This document shows, one piece after another, positions 1-9,323 of a stretch of DNA of 64,000 nt. Position 1 is the stretch's first letter; every line of letters begins with the position of its first letter. The position numbers and the translations under genes are program-made. The notes beneath the pieces are model-generated. The model had not been told where the DNA came from, did no database searches, and worked only from the letters and a program-made list of their open reading frames with translations. Source of the DNA: a virus; IMG/VR virus record IMGVR_UViG_3300046657_000006, positions 1 through 64,000 of that record; one strand, 5' to 3'.

Positions 1-2
1 TG

Positions 3-101
3 CACAAGGTTAACGAGGCCGAGTTGCTTAAAACTATTGCGTCCATTGAATCTAATCTTGAGATTCTCAGTGAAGGTGGAGATTTGAGTGGAGGGGTATA
101 A
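3..101 (+). CDS. 3' end of a gene truncated by the window edge
   Basis: Open frame HKVNEAELLKTIASIESNLEILSEGGDLSGGV* ending directly before the ATG at 102. Confidence 0.4.
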   Translation, partial: HKVNEAELLKTIASIESNLEILSEGGDLSGGV

Positions 102-368
102 ATGGCGCACGGCGAACCGATAACTTCGGTAAATTGGAATTTTCCAACCACTAGCAGCGTTAGCGGCTACGCTTGTACGTCTTGCGGTATATTCGTCTAT
201 CATGGTACGGCTCATGTCTGCTGGAGTGCTGGACTTTCCGCGACCCCGCACAAATGCCCTTGCTGTGACGGATGGGGTAAGCGAGATGCGGTTCGTTCGG
301 CGGATAGCGTGACGCAACGACTTGAGGACTGCCCAAGTTGTAGTGGGTCAGGGGTGATTTGGAGATGA
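102..368 (+). CDS. Small Zn-finger protein (DnaJ-type CxxCxGxG motifs)
   Basis: CPCCDGWG and CPSCSGSG motifs; GGAGG RBS upstream. Confidence 0.6.
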   Translation: MAHGEPITSVNWNFPTTSSVSGYACTSCGIFVYHGTAHVCWSAGLSATPHKCPCCDGWGKRDAVRSADSVTQRLEDCPSCSGSGVIWR

Positions 369-577
369 GATGCCTACTCCTAGCCGCCATCAGCCTCTGC
401 CTCGTCACCCCAGTAGAAGCCAAGCAGCCCACACCAAAGCAACTGGAAGCCTACTGTCGAGGTGCAGGAGCAGGAGCAGCAATCTGTCCAAGGTACAAAC
501 CGCCATGCGTTGATTCGACCGACAAGACGAGAGACAACGGGCGCACGAGACCGACAAATGTAAACTGTAAGCCATGA
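365..577 (+). CDS. Small secreted Cys-containing protein
   Basis: Hydrophobic N-terminus ending in VEA (signal-peptide-like); ATGA overlap with the upstream gene. Confidence 0.5.
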   Translation: MRCLLLAAISLCLVTPVEAKQPTPKQLEAYCRGAGAGAAICPRYKPPCVDSTDKTRDNGRTRPTNVNCKP

Positions 578-674
578 TTTCAATTTCAACGGCACCGCTC
601 CTGCGTCTCCAAGTTTGTCTGGGCGATAGATGAGGGGCAAAGGGTGGGGCGGTGCTGTTGAATAACTCTGTGAG

Positions 675-887
675 GTGAAACAAATGCCATACGATCCTGA
701 ACAGGAAGAGAACGCCGGCGCAATGGAAGCATCTGTAACGTTCACCAACGCTCACGGCCAATCTGCGAAAGAGTTTAAGGATTACATCGAAGAAGCTCTG
801 AGTGGTCAGGCATTCGCTAACCTGGCTGGCACGATTAGAATTCTCCCCAACCATGACGAGACAGGTGTAATAATTGGGAGCGGGTGA
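675..887 (+). CDS. Hypothetical protein
   Basis: ORF with GAGG RBS-like sequence, in an operon-like run. Confidence 0.5.
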   Translation: MKQMPYDPEQEENAGAMEASVTFTNAHGQSAKEFKDYIEEALSGQAFANLAGTIRILPNHDETGVIIGSG

Positions 888-891
888 CGCG

Positions 892-1275
892 ATGAAAACT
901 GCATGGTTCATCGGTAATCGCAAGACGATCTCATCCTTGCCTTGGTGGCGGCAGTGGCTAGTAAGACTTGCCCTCTGGCTGGCTAATTGGACTTGCAGCG
1001 ATGAAATTCACGGCAACATGATCACCTTCACGGAAGATAGAGCAATTGAACTTGCGAGCCGTGACGGATGGTTCAAGCTGGAACTTCCAGTTGACAGTGA
1101 GTTACCGGAGGAGGCGGTCAACTTCGGCAACAATGATGAGCAGTTTCCTCTGTCTGAGCAAACCTTCATCTACCACCATAGCCAGGTACTAGAAACGATC
1201 CCCGCCGAGAATTTCAGACTACTTCAAGAAGGCGTTGCAAGGCTTAAAGACGCAAGACAAGCAGCGACGGGATAA
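892..1275 (+). CDS. Hypothetical protein
   Basis: ORF track; ATG at 892 follows GGGAG. Confidence 0.55.
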   Translation: MKTAWFIGNRKTISSLPWWRQWLVRLALWLANWTCSDEIHGNMITFTEDRAIELASRDGWFKLELPVDSELPEEAVNFGNNDEQFPLSEQTFIYHHSQVLETIPAENFRLLQEGVARLKDARQAATG

Positions 1276-1282
1276 TTATGCG

Positions 1283-1636
1283 ATGCAACAAGCCACGCCT
1301 ACCCCTCACTCATGGGCAGACCTTATCTACCTTGCGCTTGCAGCAATCTTAGGATACGGCGCAACTTACCTTCCTTCATTACTTAGAAAAAGGCAATCAG
1401 ACGCAGAGACGGAAAAGACCAAAGCGGAAACGCGCCAAATCGACCTCAACACAACCATCCATGCCGGCGATGTAATGTTGGGGTTGATCAGAGAAATCGC
1501 AACTTCAACCTCGACCATAGAAACACTTCGCAAAGAGAGGGACTTCCAATTTGACCGTGCCGAAGTGCTAAAAATTGAGAAGGGGCTGCTAGAGAAACAG
1601 CTTGACGACATCATACGGGTGGGCAAGAATAAGTGA
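1283..1636 (+). CDS. Membrane protein with coiled coil (possibly holin or lysis-related)
   Basis: One TM segment (LIYLALAAILGYGATYL) then a heptad-rich tail; last gene before the terminator. Confidence 0.5.
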   Translation: MQQATPTPHSWADLIYLALAAILGYGATYLPSLLRKRQSDAETEKTKAETRQIDLNTTIHAGDVMLGLIREIATSTSTIETLRKERDFQFDRAEVLKIEKGLLEKQLDDIIRVGKNK

Positions 1637-1696
1637 CTGCTATTTCCCCGCTACTCCATCCCCACTTCAACGGAATTCAGAAGATAGAGCAGTGAA

Positions 1697-1724
1697 GGAG
1701 TCGCGCTTAGGTGCGGCTCTTTTG
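1697..1724 (+). terminator. Rho-independent terminator at the convergence of the two arms
   Basis: GAGTCGCGC-TTAG-GTGCGGCTC stem-loop followed by TTTT. Confidence 0.7.
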
Positions 1725-1725
1725 C

Positions 1726-2214
1726 TCACCGTTTACCATATAGCATTGCCGCGAACGCTTCTACGTTGCCCATTGCGTCGTTGACTGGATTGTGATCGTG
1801 ATGCGTGACTCGCAAATGTTTCCATTCCCGCGCTGGCGTATAGAAGTTCCCGCGCAGCCCTGCATAGAAATCCGAGATTCGCCGTGACGAGTGTCCGAAC
1901 GGATTTTGATTTAGATACTTCCAGAATCCATCGTTAATCCACTGCCAGTCGTAGCCGTTGTTATCCGAGACGAAAATATAGGGCGGCTTGAACGATCTGA
2001 TCCACAGGTCGAACGCGGAAAACACAATCGCCGGATCATCAACCGCCAACTCAGTCGGCAACGGGATTGCGGGGTTTGAGGGGTCGGGCGTACTTCGCCA
2101 AATTACACCGCGGAAAGTTTCCAGGGTTTTGTATTCAACTGCACCAAACTCCGTCATCTTTCCCACGGACGGCGCACCGCCATAGGCTTCAACGTCAACG
2201 AATATCAAGCTCAT
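1726..2214 (-). CDS. DEDD-superfamily 3'-5' exonuclease
   Basis: FVDVEA (ExoI), NNGYDW (ExoII) and HNPVNDA (ExoIII) motifs. Confidence 0.8.
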   Translation of the reverse strand: MSLIFVDVEAYGGAPSVGKMTEFGAVEYKTLETFRGVIWRSTPDPSNPAIPLPTELAVDDPAIVFSAFDLWIRSFKPPYIFVSDNNGYDWQWINDGFWKYLNQNPFGHSSRRISDFYAGLRGNFYTPAREWKHLRVTHHDHNPVNDAMGNVEAFAAMLYGKR

Positions 2215-2226
2215 TACTTACCCCCT

Positions 2227-2598
2227 TCACCTGTCCACGCTGGTTAATGCCAGCATTGCATCCTTTTTATTGCCGCCATTGGCATTGAGAGCAGCTTGTG
2301 CGTCTTCAACGCTTCGCCCTGTTGCCGCTGCGAGTTCTTCTACCGGACTCTTTGGCGCACCCCCAGCATCGTCCTTCGTCGTCTTGGTACTCCGAGTAGA
2401 ACCCTTCGCCCCTGACTTCGTTGACGATGACGGCCTTGCAGATACTACAGTGGACTTTGGGCTGTTGCCATTGCGACTCCTCAAGTAGTCAAGCAGGTTT
2501 GCGCGGTCACGATCATCGAGCGCGTCAACGATATTCATCGCGGTAATTAGTGGTGATAGTTTACGTTTGGACACTTGTTTGCTGCTTCTCCTTCTCAA
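2227..2598 (-). CDS. Hypothetical protein with C-terminal UBA-like three-helix domain
   Basis: VEELAAATGRSVEDAQAALNANGGNKKDAMLAL resembles the EF-Ts N-terminal/NAC UBA pattern. Start uncertain. Confidence 0.55.
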   Translation of the reverse strand: MRRRSSKQVSKRKLSPLITAMNIVDALDDRDRANLLDYLRSRNGNSPKSTVVSARPSSSTKSGAKGSTRSTKTTKDDAGGAPKSPVEELAAATGRSVEDAQAALNANGGNKKDAMLALTSVDR

Positions 2599-2746
2599 TT
2601 AACCAGTTCACAAATTCCATTACCAGCCCTTCTCGGCACTGTTCCATTTGCTTTAACGCCAGCGACAAACTCAATTGATCTGCCAAGTTGGGCTGCTTCT
2701 CTGCGACGTATTCGGTCAGAAGTTTTTCAAGTTGTTTGAGTTTCAT
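2561..2746 (-). CDS. Hypothetical protein
   Basis: ORF with AGGAG RBS; overlaps its neighbours. Confidence 0.5.
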   Translation of the reverse strand: MKLKQLEKLLTEYVAEKQPNLADQLSLSLALKQMEQCREGLVMEFVNWLIEKEKQQTSVQT

Positions 2747-2997
2747 TTAACGACCATCCTCTCCTCCCTACAGGTTGGACAAACATCGTCCACCAACTCA
2801 CTGCGTCGCCATACGCGGTTACAGTTAGAGCAGCGTGGCGGATCAGGTTTTGGGTTGCTCATACGTCTCCTTGAATAGCCCCCGCAGTTACACACTGCTG
2901 CTGTATGCGGGGTGATGTAGTGGACTGTTCCGCGTGTTATTCCGTTGCCGATTACGCATTCCCGCATGTTCTCTTGATCACCTGCAGCGCTATCCAC
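2743..2997 (-). CDS. Small Cys-rich (Zn ribbon) protein
   Basis: CSNC and CPTC motifs. Start uncertain. Confidence 0.4.
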   Translation of the reverse strand: MDSAAGDQENMRECVIGNGITRGTVHYITPHTAAVCNCGGYSRRRMSNPKPDPPRCSNCNRVWRRSELVDDVCPTCREERMVVK

Positions 2998-3115
2998 GCA
3001 CCCGCGAGACTCCAGCTATAGGCCAAAAACGTACGACCTCTATAAACCGCAAAGCTCAGTGGCCGCTTGCCGTCATGGGTTGGATAACGCTGTGGTTTAA
3101 TGTAAAGCCGTTGCT

Positions 3116-5395
3116 TCATACCGCCTCCGCAAACAAGGAGTCTTGTTCCATTAGGTTTTCGGCGTTCTTGAGATTCGCGCAAGCCTGTTTCCAATATGAG
3201 ACTTTGAGTTCGTCGCCAACAAACCTGCGTCCCATTTCGATGGCCTTATATCCCTCTGATCCGATTCCAGTAAACGGGGAATAAATCAGATCGTTAGGAT
3301 TGCTCCAAAGCTGCAACGCTCGCTCGATTACCTGTAGCTGAAGTGGCGCAATGTGTCTCTCGTCCTTGTCTTCCCGTGCTGACAGTCTTTGCAGTGTATC
3401 GGATGGGTTAATGTCCATCCATACAGGAGAAGCGTATCTCTGCCAGACGTTGATCGAGTCCCGCATTTCATCTCGTTTCCACTTGTCGCGTGTTTGATTA
3501 AGCGTTGGGTCGTCCCCGGCATAGTAGTCAAGTGTCCCCTTAACGCGTTCGGGGTTTTCTCCGGGCTTCCGCATTGTTACAAGATAGTCGGGAATTCCCT
3601 GTCGGCTCATGCAGGAATCATTGACTAACTGTTTGTGTAGTAGGCCGATTGCTTTGGTTCTTTGCATCGCAGTCACGGGGTCTTTCCAAATAACCACTTC
3701 TGAGTGATAGATAAACCCTTCATCGCGAAACATGCGAATCAGATCGCCCCGAAAATCTGAAATACCGATCACTCCATCGCGTTCTTTTGAGGTCGGGAGA
3801 TTCATGCAATGGAAAGAAAGTAGTCGCCCCGGCATCAAGATACGGTATAGCTCCTTAACGAGAAATTGGAAGTGTTCGTAAAACTCCGCGTGAGTCCTTA
3901 CGTTACCCATGTCTCGCTCACTTGCTGAATAGGTATAAAGTGAGGCAAAAGGAGGAGAAAACACTGAATAGTGGACGGAGTCGCTGGCCATTGAACGCGC
4001 GCCCTCAACGCAGTCGCCCAGCCTTACTTCCCAGCGATTACTTTTTTCAACTTGCGGACTGTACGGCTCATTCTCTTTTTGAATTCCGTGCAAGGCTTCT
4101 TTGTTGTACACGCTCATATGTTTTACCATTTCCTTTGCCATTAACATGGCGTCCTTTTCTTTGCGTTCGATATTCCGAACTACTGCACCCTCTGCTTCAG
4201 CGGTAAAAACGTGGCAGTTAACTTCATTACCTTGGCCAAACCTCCAACAACGCCGTATGGCCTGATAGAACGACTCGTAACTATCTGATAGGCCGACAAA
4301 GCCGACGTTAGAGCAGTGTTGCCAGTTCATCCCATACCCCGCGATGCTTGGTTTAGAAATAAGAATCGGAATCTCGCCACTGCTAAACGCTAACATGCGT
4401 TCTTCTTTCACTTCGTCCTTATGGCGTCCAGCCACTTGAACGGCATTTGGAATCGTCTTCTCCAGCAAGTCGGCTTCATCGTTTAGATCACACCAAATCA
4501 ACCACGGCCGATCAGGGCGGCTCATAACGGTTTCGGCACACATCTCCACGCGCTCAGTAAGACTAGCTCGCCGAGCCTGCCTGCGTTCCATTAACCCCTG
4601 CGCTTCTTGTTGAAATAAATACCCGTCCGGCAGTTTGTCGCTATGAACTACGTGGTGTAGCAAGTTAAGCGGCGGCAGCGTAAACCCTTCGTCCGAATAG
4701 CCGAGATCGGAAGGCTTGCGAAGCATTACCGCCCAAGTGCAGATCCACTTCCAGTATTCTTCTTCCGCATGGCCTTTCAATCGCCACTTGGAAGTCTCGC
4801 CCCCGTCGTGGACAAAGAATGTGGATAGCATTTCTGTACGGGTAAACACCCCGAGGAATTCTGAATGGTTCCCAAGTTCCATGAAGTCATTTGGTGCGGG
4901 GGTAGCCGTGCAGCAAAGACGCATAATCGTTTGGCTGAAGGCGTCTACTAACGCGTTGCGAGTTGCGCCAGAATAAGACTTGAGAATGCTGGATTCGTCT
5001 AACACGATTCCGCCAAAAGCAGAAGGATTGAAATGGTGAAGTTTTTCGTAGTTGGAAACGTATATGCCCACGCCTTTAATGTCTGATTGCGTTACAGCGA
5101 TCTTTACCTCAACGCCAAACTTTTCACCTTCTCGGATCGTCTGTCGCGATACCGCCAATGGTGCGAGAATCAGCACGGGTTTGTTTAGTTTCCGTGTTAC
5201 TTCGTCAGCCCAAACCAACTGCATCGGGGTCTTGCCAAGGCCGCAATCGGCGAATATGGCGTCCTTGCCACGCTGTAGCGCCCAACGCGTAATATCGGAT
5301 TGAAATTCAAATAGTTGGGGATTCAACTCTCCGGGCTGAAACCCTGAGGGTGCAATCTTGATCTGCTTGGAATTTAGAAATTGGCCGTAGTCCAT
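3116..5395 (-). CDS. SNF2-like helicase fused to an N4/N6 DNA methyltransferase
   Basis: Walker A GLGKT, DESS (DExx), TATP and QAIRRCWRFGQ motifs. C-terminal MTase has SPPF catalytic and PFTGIGS SAM-binding motifs in beta-class order. Confidence 0.9.
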   Translation of the reverse strand: MDYGQFLNSKQIKIAPSGFQPGELNPQLFEFQSDITRWALQRGKDAIFADCGLGKTPMQLVWADEVTRKLNKPVLILAPLAVSRQTIREGEKFGVEVKIAVTQSDIKGVGIYVSNYEKLHHFNPSAFGGIVLDESSILKSYSGATRNALVDAFSQTIMRLCCTATPAPNDFMELGNHSEFLGVFTRTEMLSTFFVHDGGETSKWRLKGHAEEEYWKWICTWAVMLRKPSDLGYSDEGFTLPPLNLLHHVVHSDKLPDGYLFQQEAQGLMERRQARRASLTERVEMCAETVMSRPDRPWLIWCDLNDEADLLEKTIPNAVQVAGRHKDEVKEERMLAFSSGEIPILISKPSIAGYGMNWQHCSNVGFVGLSDSYESFYQAIRRCWRFGQGNEVNCHVFTAEAEGAVVRNIERKEKDAMLMAKEMVKHMSVYNKEALHGIQKENEPYSPQVEKSNRWEVRLGDCVEGARSMASDSVHYSVFSPPFASLYTYSASERDMGNVRTHAEFYEHFQFLVKELYRILMPGRLLSFHCMNLPTSKERDGVIGISDFRGDLIRMFRDEGFIYHSEVVIWKDPVTAMQRTKAIGLLHKQLVNDSCMSRQGIPDYLVTMRKPGENPERVKGTLDYYAGDDPTLNQTRDKWKRDEMRDSINVWQRYASPVWMDINPSDTLQRLSAREDKDERHIAPLQLQVIERALQLWSNPNDLIYSPFTGIGSEGYKAIEMGRRFVGDELKVSYWKQACANLKNAENLMEQDSLFAEAV

Positions 5396-5398
5396 GAT

Positions 5399-6499
5399 TT
5401 ACCTCAACGCCATTGTTATGTATTTGTAGGAATCATCACCTTCAACGCCAAGCTGGATAAGTCTTTTATCTTCTCCAAACGCACAAGACACTTGCCCTTC
5501 GGTGCGAGCAATGAAGTTAATGAAATGTTCCCCGTTGACCCTGATGTCAAAGTCGGTCCCGTTCAACGACTTACAGTCAACGGGAACGGTATCAGTAGAT
5601 TCTCCTTCTTCACTCTGAGAAGTAATTTCTAGCTTCTTTTTGGAGAACATCAGGGTCAGAGGATGGCGGATTAATTTGGCTTCTCTTGTGGTTACGCATA
5701 CTCGTTTGACTGATGCCGACAACTTATCTGGATCGATGGTTGTTTGATGTTCGAGCGATTGAGGTAGAACCAATTTCCATTTAGGGAAATTCCCGACTAC
5801 CAGACGGGCGACCAGTGTTCTATCGCCATTCTGAAACCTTGCGCTGTTTGGACTCGCCGTAAATTCTATAGTGCCCACGGTTTCACAAAGTCTTTCCAGC
5901 GCGTTAATTGCCCGTACTGGAATTAATGCCTTAAATTCGGCGTTGGAATCAATCGCCGCAGACATGGTTCCGAGTTGTTTGGAGTTAGTGGCGACGAGCG
6001 TAAGCATTTTGTTTTCAGCTTCGAAGTTAACGCACTGGAAAGTAAAGCCTTGTCCCTCTCCCTCTTGCCCGGCACAGAAAGCGGTACGCTTGAGCATTTG
6101 AGCAAGGACGTCCGACTGAACCGTTACAGTTTGGCCTTCCACGGATTCGACTTCGGGAAAGTCTTTCGCGGGGAAGGTTGCCAAGAGGTGCTTTGATGTT
6201 CCGGCCTTAATTTCGATTCGTTGATTGGGCTTCTCGGTAAATTGAATTGTCTCGCTATCAAAAAGTTTGGCCAGAGAAGATAGTTGCTTGATAGGAATAC
6301 AACCTGAATACGGATCGCCTTTTGCTTCAACTTGCGTGGTGATTGTTACGTCGTAATCAGTGGCAGTCAGTTGGGCTAGACCATCTGAAACGCGAACGAG
6401 AACAAAGGCAAGGATAGGAACGGTTGTTTTACGTTCGGCGGCAGCTTGGAGCACGGCTAACTCCGCGGTAAGTAATTCTCGGTTAATCGTAAACATCAT
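5399..6499 (-). CDS. dnaN: DNA polymerase III beta sliding clamp
   Basis: 366 aa; ERKTTVPIL, LTATD, FPEV, LVATN and GNFPKW motifs; ends in MALR. Confidence 0.9.
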   Translation of the reverse strand: MMFTINRELLTAELAVLQAAAERKTTVPILAFVLVRVSDGLAQLTATDYDVTITTQVEAKGDPYSGCIPIKQLSSLAKLFDSETIQFTEKPNQRIEIKAGTSKHLLATFPAKDFPEVESVEGQTVTVQSDVLAQMLKRTAFCAGQEGEGQGFTFQCVNFEAENKMLTLVATNSKQLGTMSAAIDSNAEFKALIPVRAINALERLCETVGTIEFTASPNSARFQNGDRTLVARLVVGNFPKWKLVLPQSLEHQTTIDPDKLSASVKRVCVTTREAKLIRHPLTLMFSKKKLEITSQSEEGESTDTVPVDCKSLNGTDFDIRVNGEHFINFIARTEGQVSCAFGEDKRLIQLGVEGDDSYKYITMALR

Positions 6500-6666
6500 T
6501 CAGCCTCTTTCTTGGTGTATTCCTTCGCCGCTTCCCATCCAGCAATAAACATCTTCTTTTCCCGATCCGTTAGTAATGTTGCTCTTTCATCAGCGGATCG
6601 TCCTAAAACCCGCGTAGCAAATATGTCTGCTTGCCTGTCTTGCTCCAATGCTTCTTCAGTAGTCAT
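6496..6666 (-). CDS. Hypothetical protein
   Basis: ATG at 6666 after AAGGAAG; contains an FIAGWEAA motif common in phage proteins. Confidence 0.5.
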   Translation of the reverse strand: MTTEEALEQDRQADIFATRVLGRSADERATLLTDREKKMFIAGWEAAKEYTKKEAE

Positions 6667-6724
6667 CTTTTGCTTCCTTTCAGTTTGGTTGTTTCCCTCT
6701 CCCTGCCCCACGGGGGGTTGCTAG

Positions 6725-7033
6725 TTACAACGCTCCGATGATTTTCAAGGCGTCTTCCGGCGAGTAGGCGATGCCAATCTTCCCGCCTTGCCATGCCCCG
6801 TGAAACTTGACTTGATCTTCGGTTAACATGTCGTTTGCTCTTGATTTCAGGGAACGCCCTCGACCTGTTAGCCTGTTCTTAGTCTCAATCAAGTAAACTC
6901 GCCCTCTAAAGCCCACCAGACGGTCAGGACACCCTTTGCCTACGTCTCCCAAACAAAGGACGCTTGCGCCAACTGCACGCAACCTAAGGTCTATCTCTTT
7001 TTGGTTGTCATCGGCGCGAGTTTTATGTCTCAT
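6725..7033 (-). CDS. VRR-NUC/PD-(D/E)xK nuclease (Holliday-junction resolvase-like)
   Basis: DDNQKEI, GCPD, LIETK and LTEDQVKF motifs. Confidence 0.8.
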   Translation of the reverse strand: MRHKTRADDNQKEIDLRLRAVGASVLCLGDVGKGCPDRLVGFRGRVYLIETKNRLTGRGRSLKSRANDMLTEDQVKFHGAWQGGKIGIAYSPEDALKIIGAL

Positions 7034-7059
7034 ATTTGTTGTGCTTGTCCGATCTGGTT

Positions 7060-7404
7060 CTATGCCGCGTCTTTTTGAGCCTTTTCGTAACTGTCAGTCG
7101 ATAGCAGTCCGACTGCCGCTGCTTCTATCGGGTGATCGTGTATCCACCTGTGACAATCGGGGCAGACCGTTTTCCCGTTGCTTCGGTCGTAGCGAAGATC
7201 GGGGCGTCGTTTACGGGTTGCTACATGGTGCGCTTGATTGCTCACTTCGTCTCTCTTCCCGCATCTCTGACAAGTAAAATCATCGCGCTCTCGAATGTCT
7301 CTGCTCCACATCTGATTTGCATAAAGCGTCTTCGGGCGCGGCTTAATGCGCTTCTGCGTTTTCTTCCAAGCCTTCTGGCTGCGCCTTATTGGAGAGCGCT
7401 TCAT
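7060..7404 (-). CDS. HNH endonuclease (NinG-like)
   Basis: IRERDDFTCQRCG, AHH and NGKTVCPDCHRWIH motifs. Confidence 0.8.
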   Translation of the reverse strand: MKRSPIRRSQKAWKKTQKRIKPRPKTLYANQMWSRDIRERDDFTCQRCGKRDEVSNQAHHVATRKRRPDLRYDRSNGKTVCPDCHRWIHDHPIEAAAVGLLSTDSYEKAQKDAA

Positions 7405-7781
7405 TAGAGCTTCCTGATACCGTTAGAAGTCAGACGTTGCGGCTGTCTATGCAGCGCTCCGATAACAGTTGAAAATGTTCGCTCAGTCTCAAAAGGATTC
7501 GGCTCAACAGGTTCAGCCACCAATACTTCTGCCTGTTCGTATTCAAGTAGTCTCTTGAAAGCACTGCGATCAGCGTAACTAGCATGTGTTTCCGCTGCGG
7601 TCTTTTCCTGCTCAGTCTTCTTTTGTGGTAGTCCTAGAGCTTTACGCTCGTTACGTCTTCGTTTCTGATCCGCTGTTGCTGATCGCCGAATGCACGGCTT
7701 ACACCGTCGAGCGTGGGGATAGAAGTCCGATACCGGAAGAGGATTCGTGCCTTCATGTAAGATGTCGGGACAATATTTCAT
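7404..7781 (-). CDS. Hypothetical protein (Cys motifs)
   Basis: KYC...DFY...CKPC pattern. Confidence 0.5.
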   Translation of the reverse strand: MKYCPDILHEGTNPLPVSDFYPHARRCKPCIRRSATADQKRRRNERKALGLPQKKTEQEKTAAETHASYADRSAFKRLLEYEQAEVLVAEPVEPNPFETERTFSTVIGALHRQPQRLTSNGIRKL

Positions 7782-7899
7782 GGCGATTTAAGCAGGGCGG
7801 AAATATCCGCTAAGAACCTCCGCCCTGTCCACCTTTTACTGATTCGTAGATTCACCCTTTCGTAAGATTTAGCCACCTAAGTGACTTTGCTTCTGCCCT

Positions 7900-8112
7900 T
7901 TATGAAGCCAGCGTATAACTCTTTACTCGTTTGCCGTTTGGCAGATCGACAAACTTGCTGACAATGTTATGTCCCTGCTTTTTCAACTCCCAACAACGTG
8001 CTCCTAATCTCATGCATCTGAATGGCTCGAACAGAGCAGTTAGAGGTGTTAACGAGTTTCCCTGCTTGAAGTATTCCAAGATGAGTTCTGACTGTGTTTT
8101 GGTTTGGCTCAC
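7900..8112 (-). CDS. Small winged helix-turn-helix protein
   Basis: TQSELILEYF...LTPLTA...MRLGARCWELKKQGHNI...VKSYTL, a typical phage HTH pattern. Confidence 0.75.
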   Translation of the reverse strand: MSQTKTQSELILEYFKQGNSLTPLTALFEPFRCMRLGARCWELKKQGHNIVSKFVDLPNGKRVKSYTLAS

Positions 8113-8348
8113 AACGGGTTCCTCCTCAAGTCTTCGTCAGTAACGAGTTCTGTTTTCTTTCCGCAAATTAAACATGATGGACTGCCCTTGCTCGATAACC
8201 ACTCAACAATCTGATCTGCCGTGACTTTCTGAATCCTTTTATCTCGGCGGCAGATTCGATAACCACCTTCACTAAAATCGCTCTTAGCCACCACGCCCTC
8301 AGCAAACTTCCGGCCTACGTTGAACGGGTGCATTTCATCGGACGCCAT
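8109..8348 (-). CDS. Hypothetical protein
   Basis: ORF track; overlaps both neighbours. Confidence 0.45.
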   Translation of the reverse strand: MASDEMHPFNVGRKFAEGVVAKSDFSEGGYRICRRDKRIQKVTADQIVEWLSSKGSPSCLICGKKTELVTDEDLRRNPL

Positions 8349-8571
8349 TTCCGTTTAACCCTCGGTACATCTTAACCATCCCCAGTACGTTCTTTGGGCT
8401 GAACCCTGAAAGCATCCACTCAGTTAGAACGGCTTCCCATATTCGAACGTTTGTTACCTCTTCAGCGATACACTGACGCTGTAGGTAATTGGCTTGAAGT
8501 CTCGCGATGTCGCGATAGAGCTTGACCGCCGGATTATCAAGGTTTACGTCGCGGGGGATTCCTTTTGGCAT
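8335..8571 (-). CDS. Hypothetical protein
   Basis: ORF track; TGATG coupling to the upstream gene. Confidence 0.55.
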   Translation of the reverse strand: MPKGIPRDVNLDNPAVKLYRDIARLQANYLQRQCIAEEVTNVRIWEAVLTEWMLSGFSPKNVLGMVKMYRGLNGNGVR

Positions 8572-9323
8572 CAGAAGGGAACCGTGATCGCTAAATTAGC
8601 TTTCTTTAGTTCACTCATGCTAAGGTCGGCCAGCGTTTTATCGGGGAAGATGTTGCCGAGCTCAACTTCGTAGTTTTTAACCTCTTCAATCTCCGCGATA
8701 AGCCTTTCCCGTTCCTTCGCATCTCCAAGCTGTTCAAGTTTGAGCCTGTCGATCCTCGCGCTCATCAACGCGGCCATTTCCCCAAGTTGCGGATTAGTCA
8801 ACGCGCTCAGTCCTTCGGTGACGTTGAAGTTTTCATTAGCGAACTTGTCGCAACGCTTCGGCCCCCACAGCGGAGTATCGCCAAGGCTATTCAAAACCTT
8901 CCCAGCCGCAAAGATTGCAGTGGTGAGATTCTTGCCTTCCGTGTCTTGCTGGAACTGCTTAGATTCTCCGGTCATCCGATCCACTTTCTGCATCTCTTCC
9001 CGCGAGGCTATCCCACGCTTAATCTCGTAGCCCAGCAGTGCGAGGGCGCGACCGACCGCAGAAGTCTCACAGTTCTCGATATAACTGGTTTTATTGACGT
9101 AGCCCTCACTGCGGTTCTCAAAAGCGTGTCCGGTTGAAGCAGGGGATGCGTCGTCCTGATTACGGTAAATTTCTGCTCGCATCAGGATGAACCCGTGTTC
9201 AGCGTTATGCTCAAGAACCGCAGTGAGTACACGCCCCCCGACGTGTTCCGCGTAGAACTTCTCTAGCCGCTCGTTGACAGGGACGTAGTTAGCGAGCCTG
9301 TCGGATGTCTGTGACTGTGCCAC
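8571..9323 (-). CDS. Putative single-strand annealing recombinase (Rad52/Sak-like)
   Basis: YVPVNERL, TGHAFE and IENCETSAVGRALA...ASREEM motifs; lies in the recombination module. Confidence 0.65.
   Translation of the reverse strand: MAQSQTSDRLANYVPVNERLEKFYAEHVGGRVLTAVLEHNAEHGFILMRAEIYRNQDDASPASTGHAFENRSEGYVNKTSYIENCETSAVGRALALLGYEIKRGIASREEMQKVDRMTGESKQFQQDTEGKNLTTAIFAAGKVLNSLGDTPLWGPKRCDKFANENFNVTEGLSALTNPQLGEMAALMSARIDRLKLEQLGDAKERERLIAEIEEVKNYEVELGNIFPDKTLADLSMSELKKANLAITVPF

Noticed and set aside
6695-6724. T7-like terminator resemblance (CTAGCAACCCCCCGTGGGGC on the - strand)
   Set aside because: Short partial similarity only, no U-tract, and no phage RNA polymerase in the window.
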